This document shows, one piece after another, positions 1 through 11,111 of a DNA stretch of 54,173 bases. Made by a program: the position numbers and the translations under genes. The DNA comes from Peribolospora baueri (lineage: Eukaryota): assembly GCA_029717555.1 (NCBI GenBank), contig JAMDHS010000016.1, positions 248,001 to 302,173 on the forward strand. The letters run 5' to 3'. Numbering within the stretch: position 1 is the stretch's first letter; each line of letters starts with the position of its first letter. The notes below the pieces were generated by a model. That model did no database searches. It was given only the letters and a program-made list of their open reading frames with translations, and was not told the DNA's origin.

Positions 1-3000
1 CGCGAAATGCAAGTGCGAGCTGCCCCCTGGCGCTCCCGCCACCGCGCCTTGTACCAACTGCGAGGCCATGGGCGTACAGTGTACCTTTTTGGAGGCCAGT
101 CGTAAAAGGTGAGCTTACCCGCACTGTCGAGCCGAATCGTGAGAGGAGTATATCTGGAAAAGAACGAGCGCCGACACTGACTGTCTGCTGTCTTTCCCCT
201 TCTTTCCTCGCTCTCGCCTTTTTCAGGGGCCCGCCGAAAGGTGAGTGCATTCATGTGTCGAGCGCAAAACGGTCCCACGCGTATCTGACCTCCGGTCTCC
301 TTCTCTTCACCCAGGCTATATCGAAGCCATCGAATCCCGCCTGCACCGCATGGAAGGCCTCATCGCCGTCCTATCCGCCTCTTCCGACCCTCGAGCGAGA
401 GGCCTGCTCACGGACCTTGTCGGTAAGCAGAAGCTCGACGAGGTGCTTCGCGGTCTCGGTCCTTCTGCCCAAGCCATCGTCGCCGACGCAGGGCCCGCCG
501 ATGAAGGGGACGAGCCGACTCGGGTTCAGAAGCGACGCGTGGCAGAGCGAGGAGGAGGCGGAAAGTGGAAAAACAGCTGGTGGTCTCTACCCCTCAACGA
601 AGAGGAGCGGGGGGCTGACGAGGCTAGAAGGGAGATCAGCCCTGGTCACTCCAAGGCCTCCGCATCCGCCTCCGCCGAGTCCTCATCGTCCTCGCAGAAG
701 AAGCGCCGCGATAGCTTTCTCGACCCCAACGGCGATCCCCTCCTGCCCAATCTCCAACGCGTTCTCCACCAGCGCACCGGCCACGGGAGAGAGCGTGGAG
801 AGCCGCGGGAAATCACGTCGTCACCGACGGCGACGACCAACAACGCCACGATCATCGCCGCAACTCATCAGGCTGCTCCCGGCTTCTCGCCCTGGCCGGC
901 GCCCGGCTTTGCCCATTCCCCCCATCCGCAGGGGCGGCCTTTGGATGTCGCAAGTCAAACCACGCGGGCTTTGGATATCGGAAGTCAAACCACCGCCGCC
1001 GTCGCCGTCGCCGTCGAGCACCAACACGGCTTCGCCTTCTCGCCCTCTCCTCCCGCCGGCACCGCCAACGCCTGGACCCCTGGCCCACCCGCTCACCAGT
1101 TCTCGGGGTGGGTCCGCTCGCCGCCGGTCAGCAGTCGTCCGCCGTCCTCCTCTCAGCCCGTGCAGCCTCCGCCCGGACATCACATGTTTCCATCGTTCAG
1201 CCACTTTGCTCAACGTCGCCATCGGGACAATTCCAATGGTGCTGCCAGTCTCCATTTGCACAACGCCGACGGCGTCGGCGCGCCTTCCTTCGGCATGCCG
1301 GGAGTAGAACAAGCCCCCTTCCATCACCACCCCGATCGTCTCCAGCTGCACCCGCCGCCTCCGCAGGCCGCACCGGCGGCCTATAGCCCCACACAGACGT
1401 TTGAGTCCTTTGGCTCTCTCGGCGCCGCCAATTCGCCGGTTCGTCCGCCACCGCCGGACGGCCCTTCGCCGCCTCAACGCCGTCGACTCGACGGTCCCGG
1501 TCCTTCGACGCGGGCCATGTGGGACCTTTCCCCGCGCCCCGCCGCCACCGCCACCGCCACCGCCACCGCCTTTGATACCTTCTCCCCTCCCAGCGTCGAC
1601 ATTCTTCCCGCCTCCGGGTCTTCCCCCGCCGCTGCATCTAGCGCAGGCACCTCTCGCAGCGTCGGACCTCGTCCCGCTGCAGCGGCGGCAGCGGCCGCCA
1701 ACGGTCATCCGCCGGCGGAAGAAAAGATCAGCGTGGAGGGAAGTTTCGGCAGCGCGCTCGCCGAGAACAGAGGCGAGCTTCCTGCCGCCAACAAGGGAAA
1801 CACACCCACTGGCGCCTCTGCCCCGTCCATCAACGTACACCACAGCCCTGGCACTGCGATCGGGGCCGAGGAAGCGGATGCGGCGACGGCTATGTGGGCT
1901 TTGACGCACGTGAGCGCTTTCGTTTCTTTTCTTTTTTTTTTTCTTTTTTTTTTTAAATCTCTTTGGAGCGTCATGCTCTGTTCTCTTCTGTCTTTCTGTC
2001 GTCTTCGGCTCCGAGTTCGTGGGATGCAACATTGCGCTGATGTGGGATGCCTTCTTCTTACCGGATTCGCTTCCATTCCTCTTTTTTTCTTTCTCTCCTT
2101 TTTTACCCCGGACAGCTCGCCGACGGCCTTGGACAGCTCTCGCTAGACGAGCACGGAGAGGTGCGCTACCATGGCCTCTCGTCGGGCCTCAAGTTTGTCC
2201 TCAGGTCGGTGATGCACAAGGGCAATTTCTGGCGCTTCGGTCACGCCCGATCCGCTTGGCCCCCTGTGCGGATGCCCCCCGCCGGCCATAAGGAGGCGAC
2301 CCAGGTGCAGGTGCGGGCAGAGGCGCAGGCGCAGGCGAAGGAGGGCGCCGTCGCCAGCGGCGATGGTGTGGGGCAGCGCGACGCCAACTCGAATCGGGCC
2401 GGCTCGTCAGGTGGGAGGAGGAGCAAGACGGAGGAGGAGTGCATCGTCGAGGCTGGCATGCAGGATGCGCTGCCGGACGTGGAGATGCAGGATCATCTGC
2501 TCGAGTGCGTCGTTCGTCGTGCTTCTTTTCCCGTTGGGATGATAGCTCGCGTCGCGCCCACCGACCGTCGATTCTCACTCTCTATCCTCCGTATCCCCCC
2601 GGTTCTATTCCGTCCCGTCTCCTCTCCAGCCTCTACTGGACATACGTCCACCCCGTCCTTCCAGTCGTCTACAAGCCACAATTCGTCCTCGATCTCGTTG
2701 CGTCCCGACAGCCTTCCACCTCGTCCTCCAGCTCCTCGGGCAATGAAGAGGCAGTGGACGACGGAGCTTCGAGGAAATCCAAAGTTTCTAAGCTCCTCCT
2801 CTTGGCCATGCTCTCCGTCGCCGCACGATACTCTGACCGCGTCCGAAAAGCGCCCAAAGAGTATGATGGCGAGTTTTGGGACGCTGGAGATGAGTACATG
2901 GATAAGGCCAAAGCGTAAGTAGGGGTTTGAGTTGGCTTTGCTCGCCTGCGCCACCCACTCGCCTCCGTTCTCATCTGTCGTCTCGCTTCACGGCTGCTCA

Positions 3001-5640
3001 TCCGTCGTCTCACTTCACGGCTCATCCGTCGTCTTCCTCTCCAACAGCATTATCAACCGCGACTACGAGACGGCGCGCTTGGCGACCGTCCAGACGCTCC
3101 TCCTCCTCTCCTACCGCGAGGTGGGCGTGGGTGCCATGTCCTCCAGTTGGACCCAAATTGGCATGGCGATCCGCATGGCCCAGGACCTCGGCTTGCACCG
3201 CGATGTAGACAGCTGGGCCGGCGCGAGCACATACTTTTCCCACGCCGACAAGCAGGCCCGCAAGAGGGTCTGGAGCGCTTGTTTGATTCTCGACAAGTGA
3301 GCCCACGCCTTCCGTCGTCCTTCTTGAAGGGGCACTCTTTCTTCCCGTCCTTGAGATGTTTTGCCGTAGCACCTGCTGACGACCGTGTCGACTCGGTGGG
3401 CGTCGCTCAGGTACGTCACCATGTATCTCGGTCGGCCGATGGGCATCACCGAGCAAGGCTGTGAGTTTGGCATGCTTGCTGTTCCTTTTAGATGCGGTGA
3501 CACCTTTGGGCCCTGCTTGTTGACCTACAACATCTTTGTTTCGCGTCCATTCAACGTACACAGGGGATACCGGGCTGGCTAACGAGGATGAGGTGAGGCC
3601 TTCCTCTGCCGTTCATCCTTACATGATTTTCCCGCTGGGTATCCCACGTTCTCATCCTAATCGCCTTGCTCCGTATGTCTCTCTTCGTGTACAGACCGAC
3701 GAGACGGAACTCTGGCGGCCGTTGCGACCTTCGGGGCTGGAATGGGGCATGCCTCCCGTCACGGCGGAAGATGTTCCAGAGCAGATGCTCCGCCCTTACA
3801 AGCCAAGTGGTCAGACGAACGCCATTTCGTGCTTCAATCGATTGGCGACCTTGTGTGCGTAATTATTTTCCCTCCTCCAGCCAGATCCCTCAAGAGTTCG
3901 TCGCTCACGCGGCATACTTGCGTCTTCCTCGCAGCTGCCATCCTGGCTCAGGTTCAAGCGAAGCTCTACTGCATCCGCAACAAGAAGCCACAAGCCCTTT
4001 CGGCACTGGACCACGCCCTGGCGGAGTGGTATCTCAGCCTGCCAAGAGACTTACAGTACAACCCGTCGGCGGAACATGTCCCGAATCCCCACGTGCTCTT
4101 GCTTCAGATGGCCTTCTACTGCTCCCTCATCCTCCTACACCGGCCTTTCATTCCTGGTCCTGACGCTCAGCTTCAAGCGGCCGGCGCACCGAGCCGGACG
4201 ACCAGTTATCCGTCGCACAACATCTGTACCACCGGTGAGTCTTCACCGAAGCTGACTGAAACCGTAGAGGCGCCCAAGCTTGACTTCTGGCTTGTCTCTC
4301 TTCCCGTCGTCCGCTTTTGCGCAGCCGCACATGCGCTCACGAGTATAGCCATGACGTTTCGCAAGACGTATTCGTTCAGGCAGGCGCCTCCGTTCCTGAG
4401 CTACTACATTCGTAGTGAGTTCCATGTCCGATTCGAATCGACCCGTCGCGAAGCGGGAGCACGAGGCGTGTCTCATGGCGGACGCTGACTGGTACACGCG
4501 CTGCGTCGCCCTCGCTCTTCTTTGAAAGCTGCCGCCATTCACTTTTCATATGACGTCCACGCAGACCCCGAGTGGGCCGGTCCTGCCAAGCGCGGCTTTG
4601 TTCAATGCATGTCGGCGTTGAAGGAGCTGGGAGTCATCTGGCCAAGGTAAGGGCGATCATCGTTCCTGTCGCTCCCATTTTAATCGTGAATCATGCCCGC
4701 TCATCTCTCGTTGCTCCTCATCAGCGCTGGACGAGCGTGGGACCTTTTGGACGGCGTCGTGGACGTGTCTGAGGTGGTTGGCATGGATATCGATCGTCCG
4801 CTCGGCCCTATCTATAATGATGCGCCCATTGCGATTGCCCGGGGCACCAAGCGAGGCCCGGAAGACGGTCCCATCGCCGCTCAGGTCGATGCAAGGATGG
4901 GTCGACCTCCGTTCTCGCCGAATGCGACGGCTCAGGATCACCATCAGCACCATCACCACCAGTCTCTCTCTCTCGAACGGACCCGAAGCGTCACGACTAT
5001 TCACTCCTTCTCTGCGGCCAGGCGTCGCCGCCACACGACCGCCAGTCAGGAGCCGAGTGGCGCGGTCTTTTCGCCATCGACTGCCACTCCGAACGCTGAT
5101 GTAGCGGGCGGATGGCCGATCGCCCATTCAACTCCTGCCTCGCTTGCGTCGGACAGCTCTGTCATGGCTTATTCTGTCGCATGCTCTCCACCCACGATGA
5201 CCGGATCCGTCTTTTCGAACGCTCCCGGTATAGGGCCCAACCCGCCGTTCACCAATCACCTCTTCTTCGACGGGCCCTCGAGCACCACCGCCTCCTTCGG
5301 GTTCTCCCAACGCGCCTTCTCCGCTCAAAACTCCTTTTCCCAGCTCATCGACATGTTCCTCTCCGCTCAATCCAACGGCGTCGACGGACAGGCTCGCGAT
5401 ATCACCTTTCACGATGCCGCCTTCGACGCCGCCATGTCTCCGCTGTCGGCCATGACGTTTGCCAATTTCGGCGACCAGCCGCTCGATGACGCCGCCGATG
5501 CTGCTGCTGCTGCTGCTGCTGCTGCTCCTCCTCCTCCTCCTCCTCCTCCTCAGGGAGCCTTCAAAAGCAACAGCAACAACAATTTGACCTCACCGAGTGC
5601 GCGATCTGACGTGACGAGAGGTGCATTGGACTCTCTTTAG
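1..5640 (+). CDS. Zn(II)2Cys6 binuclear-cluster transcription factor with fungal-specific TF (Fungal_trans) middle domain; 5' end lies outside the window; multi-exon
   Basis: From base 2 the frame reads AKCKCELPPGAPATAPCTNCEAMGVQCTFLEASRKR, the second half of a Zn2Cys6 cluster. It splices through a 14-nt exon (227-240, RGPPKG) into YIEAIESRLHRMEGL (exon 315-1909). Later exons give LADGLGQLSLDEHGEVRYHGLSSG, DLYWTYVHPVLPVV, SWTQIGMAIRMAQDLGLHRD, RKRVWSACLILDKYVTMYLGRP and ILLHRPFI. All joins are GT-AG and in phase. Stop TAG at 5638-5640. Confidence 0.93.
939..993 (+). repeat. Imperfect 30-bp tandem duplication inside the TF coding exon (LDVASQTTRA-LDIGSQTT)
   Basis: ctttggatgtcgcaagtcaaaccac recurs 30 bp later as ctttggatatcggaagtcaaaccac. 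Confidence 0.85.
2971..3033 (+). repeat. Intronic tandem repeat, about 2.5 copies of a 24-27 bp unit
   Basis: tcatctgtcgtctcgcttcacggc(tgc) / tcatccgtcgtctcacttcacggc / tcatccgtcgtc just upstream of the 3' splice site. Confidence 0.8.
5500..5550 (+). repeat. Compound coding microsatellite (GCT)9(CCT)8 encoding poly-Ala/poly-Pro
   Basis: Perfect trinucleotide runs in the last TF exon. Confidence 0.95.
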
Positions 5641-6052
5641 ATGGCCGCCTTCTTCGTTGAATCCGCGTTTGTGAGACTGATCATATTCCTCCTCCATTCC
5701 TTCGCACGCACTCAGACATGCCCGATGCCATGTTCGGCCCCGTCGGAGATTTTGGCATCTGACTTTGCCATCCGATTCGTCCTTGTCGGTGCTTTTTTCT
5801 TTTGCTCTCCCTGGTCTGTCACGCCTAGCTTCCACCACTCGCTGCTTCCGCCCTCGGACTTTTTTTTCCCCCGAGATCCTCTTCGCGGTTTCTTTCTCCG
5901 CTTTAGCTTGGCCTTGGTTCGTCGTTTCGGGGTATCGCAAAATTAAGCATCGTGTACTACTATCATGCTCCGTTTCGTCTAGCGCGTCCTGATTCGACTC
6001 CACCTGAAAACGCAACGTATGTAATAACCGCGAGGAATGTGACGCGGGGAAC

Positions 6053-9000
6053 TTAGGCCATCTGAATGAGCTCGAGAGCGAGGATGAGTGCCAGGTCGCA
6101 AGTCATCTCCGGATTTTGGAGCGTGTCGTGCACGCTCGAAAGGGCCTCCAACGTGGCTTGCTTGCCTCCCGGTCCGAGTACGAAAGTCTGCGCCGGTGCG
6201 TACGACAGCAGCACTTCTCGAGCCCGCTTCTTTGTTTCAGCCTTCTGCTCAGGTGTGCGCGTCGGGGGCATGGCCGTGGACCATGTTCCGTCCGGCCAGG
6301 CGTAGTCCTTGAGGTCCGTGAGCCATCCGGCGATGTTGGATTGGTTGAGCGAGCGCGAGGTCGAGGTAAGCGTCGCAACAATGGTAGCTTGGTATTGCGT
6401 TCGGATGATCTGCTCGAGCACTACGTTCGGCGGCCCCAAAGAGGCGGGAGGACAACAAGATTCAGTTAGTGGCAAGAGTTACCCGTCGGGAGAGTGGACG
6501 GATCACGCCGAGCGCCAGTCGGTCAGCACTCACCTCTCATCATTCCCTTCCGCAAAGTCCACTGCCCCGTGGTGAGATTGAAAGCCTCGTACGCAACTGC
6601 AAACACCGAGGAGAGCAGCCTGTCCACGTCTTCCTTTGTCAGCTCTTCTTCGACCGGAGCTTGCTTCGAAGGAGGCAAAGACCCAGTGGCGGACGTCGTT
6701 GTCGACCTTCGGGGCTCTTCTAACGGTGGCTTCTCCTCTCTCGCGCTGTCGCTCGGAGTGAAAGACGGCAACGGTCCGACGATGCGGGCGAACTCGTCCG
6801 TAGGTGAAGACGGCACGGAGGGCGAAGTGGAGCGCGACAGGGGCGCCACGCGCGGCTCTTGATCCTTGAGTTGGACATTAGGAGGTGGGGGTGCCTGCGC
6901 GAAGACTTCTGCAGCAGGCTGAAGCGGAGAGTAGAATCCCTGCTGATGGTCTGCAGAGGCACCAACGGCCGACGAAGCTCCGCTCGCAGCGGTGGAGGGA
7001 GGAACGATAGAGACGGCGTTTCCGGTCTTGTTGAATATGCTCGCCGTCTTTCCCATGTTTTTCATAAACATCCTGCCCGTCTGACTAAGATCGAAGCTGC
7101 TCGCGCTCCGAGTGCCGAATGGACTCTTGCCGAAGAGCGGTCGCTTAGGCACCGTCGCGCCAGCGCCAGCGGCGATTTGCTGTATTCCCGCCACCGGACT
7201 CGTCTCCGGCTGTCCGGGCGCGGGGCTGGTCGTGCGCGATGGAGGGGCCGTCCCGGGACTGGCGGCAGTGCGTTCCTTGTCGAGAAAATCCCGTAATGGG
7301 GCGCTCTGCGCGGTTTGGCGATCGAGCAGGAGCGAGCGAAGGTATACCTCAAGCTCTCGCATGAGCTTTTCGCTCGTCTTGAGCTTGGCCGACGGCAGCT
7401 TTGGGGGAGGCATCGCCATTTCACCCGCACAGGCCGCTTGAGACGCCAGGCCCGTGGCGAGCTGCTCCAAGTCAGCCCATCGGCGGAACAGCATGAAGCC
7501 GGACGCCGAACTCGGCCCGGGTGCCTCGCCGTTAGCGGTCAGAGTGACGCCTTCGATGGCAATCATGAGCTCCAGGATCTTGGGCGACACCAGTGCGGCG
7601 GGGTCTGAAGCGATGGAAACGTCGGTGACGGTGACGCTGACGTCGGAAGGAGAGACGAACAGCGCGGAGGTCGGCTGTACGTCGAGGATCAAGCTTCGCT
7701 TCGAGCTGGAGCGGGACATGTGGTTCACGTCTGTTGATGCTCCTCGGGAGTGCATCGACAGACGGGAAGCCGGCCGACTTGGGACGGCAGAAATGGGAGA
7801 GGTGGGTCGGGACGGTATGGAGAAAGGACCAGGGCTCGTAGTCGATTTTCGGTCAGGAACGCTGCTGGAAGATGTCATGTCGCGCCTGCCCAGAGGACTC
7901 ATATACGTCATGGTGGGGCTAGCGCGTGGCTGCTCCGTCTGGATGCTGGATGGCAAGGGAGAGACGAGAGTATAGCTAGTGACGAAGGCATCGTAGAGAT
8001 TATTTAACCGGCGGCGAATCTCGAGTCTTAGAGGCTGGATCACCTCCAAGCTTGGAGTCTAGAGGTAAGCACATGAAGCAAAGCAAGGCGGTCAGATGAC
8101 CCATTTTTGCGAACGACACCGGTGAGAGCGCGAACGGCAAACAAGCTCACCTCATAAACCTTCATCAAAGCCTCTCGCAGAACCTCGTCCATCCTTTGCT
8201 GATCCTCGCCGGCCTCAGTCGGCAGCTCGCCGTCCACGTCCCTTCCAAGCACATCGACTGCACGACTCAAAATGCCCACAGCGTCTTGCTGAAAAGTGTC
8301 ACCATCCGGACTGGTGATCTGGACAATCGTGACGAACGTCTCGAGTTGGGTGTATAGGCGGAGTAGTGCCTCTCCTTGTCTGTCCGGCATCGCTTTGTGA
8401 AAGGAAGGATGGGGAGACGGAGGGCTAGCGGGAGAGCTTGCAAGCGAGTCGAGGAAGCTCTCGAAGGCGTCGTAGGTATCTTGGTCCTCGCGCGCCATGA
8501 CAGCGTCGAACGACGGGAAATTCCGTGACGCTTTTATCGAGGAAAGGGACGGGGACGGGGAAAAGGTGCGGATAGGAGAAGGGATGACGCGAGGAGGGGG
8601 TGAAATGGGGCGCGAAGAGGACGCAAAGCTCGACACGGAGGGCGGTTGGGGAGAAGGCTCTGCGGAGGCAACCGGAGAAGAGTCCGAGCGTTCCGAGACC
8701 GCTGAAGGTTTGGGGTATGTGCTAGTAAGTTTCTCGTCCGATTCTGCCACTTCGGCAACAGGCGGCATGAGGGAAGCAGGTATAGTCATAGCCGCTGTGC
8801 GAGGTTGGGTTGATGATGGACTGACTGTCTCTGGCGGGAGCGTCGTCGATTGAGAGGCGGCGGCTGGCGTCAGATGGACAGTGGTGCCGTCGACGCTCCC
8901 AGCTTGAGATGTCGGTTTCGAAGACGGCCGCGAACCCCATGGACTGCGCTTCCTCGGCGGTGCCGAGGAAGAAGCTCCAAGAGCCGTCGACGAGATCGAG

Positions 9001-10757
9001 GGCGCTCCAACGGACGCGTTCGACAAAGCACCTTCTAAATCAGAAGACGACAATTTGCTCAGTGCTCCTATCTCCTGCTCAGACAGTAGATGCTGCGCTG
9101 CTGGAGGGGCTGACGGCTTGAGGTTGGATTCGCCTAGGGCTGAACTGGGCGACTGGGATACGGCCGAAGGAGGGATGATGGGTGGAATGACGGCAGTTGA
9201 GGCAGAAAGACTCGACCCCACTGTCCGCGGTGTACCTAGTCTCGAAGACTCATAAACGATATCTTCCTGCTTGACTGGCTCCTGCGCGCCCGGCGCGTGT
9301 CGCAGTGGTTCGGGGACAGAGTCACCGAGAGGAGGCCGTCTCCCTTCAGCTGTAGCGTTCGGTAGCGGGAACTCGGGACCTCCTTCGACTCCTTCGTCGA
9401 GCTTCTCCACCACCGCCTCGGCCGCATTGGCGACAGCCTTGGCAGTCGCAGCCGCTACATCGACGATAGCGCCCTGTAAAGATTCCGTGCCAGCCAGAAG
9501 CGAATCATCCGCCCTCATGCCTTCATTTTGCACCATAGCCGAACTTGACGCGCTCGAAGGCAGCCCATCGATTGATGTCCCACCAACAGCTTCCAACCGT
9601 TCCTTCTCCTCTTGCACTATCTCCTTCACCTCACCCGCCCACTCAATTATTTTAAGGTTGATGTAATCCGGATCTCCGAATCCCTTGATTTGTTCCCACG
9701 CCTGCTTGCTAATTAGCTCCGTCAGGAGCTCCATAACGAGGGGGTTGGCGACGTCTTCGGCTTTTAAGGACCGAGTGAGCAGAGAGCGAATCGAAGCGCG
9801 CAAAGTAGCCAATCTTTCCGTGTCAGTGGGAAATGGCGGCGGGGGTGGGAGCGGTGAGTTAGAGGATAGCGAGGGCGTCAATGCATGTCGTCGACGACGA
9901 AGGGCGACGAGTAGGAAATACGTAAAGGTGCTAAGCATTTGGGCGGTCTTTCCGAGAAGAAATAATGAATCCGAGAAATGAGCAGAGAAGAACCAAACAA
10001 CACGAAAGGGAGAGAACTCACGACGTCCACGCTGCGGAGTCTGACCGACCGTTCGTAGATACTGTTCGTAAAAACGTTCAAACTCCTCCGGACCTGCCGC
10101 GGAAATGCTTCTGAGGCGTTTTGAAAAGATAAAGGGTCGTACCTATGCAAGCAAAGCAAACGGAGCTGTGTCAGACAACGCTCGGCAAATAAAGAAGAAT
10201 GCGAAGACGGATGCTCACCAGTACAGAACGAAGTCGCGTACAAAGTGGTCCAGCATCTCTCCCAGCGGGATGGCGAGATCGGCTGGCATGACAAGTTCCA
10301 GATGTCTTGTCTGCCCTGTGCCATAGCGTCCGTCCGCTGGGACATCCCCTTCGGCTTTGCCGTCCTCGGACGCATCTAGGATCCGCTTCGTGAAGGAAGT
10401 CAGCAATGGCGGGGGGTCCACCGTCTCTTCCTGCTGAACCAAGATGACAGCGTTAGCGCCGAAGTCATACAACCACGGCAGCAGAGGTCTGTGGTCAGTC
10501 GAGCCCACCTTTCGAGGATTGGACAGGTCGAGAAAGACGTGGGCGTATGGTGAAGTGACGAGGAGACTGCGCATCGACGAGGAACGAAGGAAAGCAGGCG
10601 TCCGTCCAGTCAGTGTTCTTTCAGTAACGTCTCAAGATGGCTCCGGATGCGCTCACCCAGCAGCAACAACGACAAGAACAGTCCCTCCGAAGCCGATCCT
10701 CCAAAAACCCATGAGCAGCAGGCCAAGCAAAGTAAGTCGCATGTAGTGATAAGTCAT
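6053..10757 (-). CDS. SNX-RGS family sorting nexin (TM-PXA-RGS-like-PX-Nexin_C; Mdm1/SNX13/14-like); multi-exon
   Basis: ATG in CCACCATG context at 10757, followed by hydrophobic MTYHYMRLTLLGLLLMGFWRIGFGGTVLVVVAAG/LLVT. PXA motifs LDHFVRDFVLYW/YDPLS...FPRQVRRSL and FGDPDYINLKII. RGS-like FDAVM...DAFESFL. PX motif FMLFRRWADLEQL...PPKLP...LEVYLRSLL...LRDFLDK. Nexin_C motif EAFNL...WTLRK...WPDG...RTPEQKAET. Stop at 6053. Confidence 0.85.
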
Positions 10758-11111
10758 GGTGGTTCGTCACGACGGCTCTTCTCCGCTGCTCCCCGGCAGC
10801 GTGCAAACATGAATTTGCGTCGTCAAAGCGGCAAAACGTAAAGAGGCGACAGAGAAGAGCAGAAGGGCGCGAGAGATCAAGAGGAGGGGGAAAGAAGGGT
10901 AGAAGCGTCAAGTTGAAACAAGCCCATGGACGCCTTCGCTCCGTTCGGCTCACCACGTCCGATGTTGTCACGTGCTCGACATACTGAGTTGGGCGGAGAT
11001 GGACGGCTTCAGCGGAATCGGCGATCGGCGCAACCGAACGACCGGCTCGATGATGGAGATTCAGACGTCGAGGTCAACTGACACCAGCTCGCTTTCCCTT
11101 CACCCTCCTTG
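10758..11111. promoter_or_regulatory. Short divergent (probably bidirectional) promoter between the sorting nexin and the Vps3/Vps39-family gene
   Basis: Head-to-head start codons about 350 bp apart, with pyrimidine-rich tracts preceding each start on its own strand. Confidence 0.5.
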
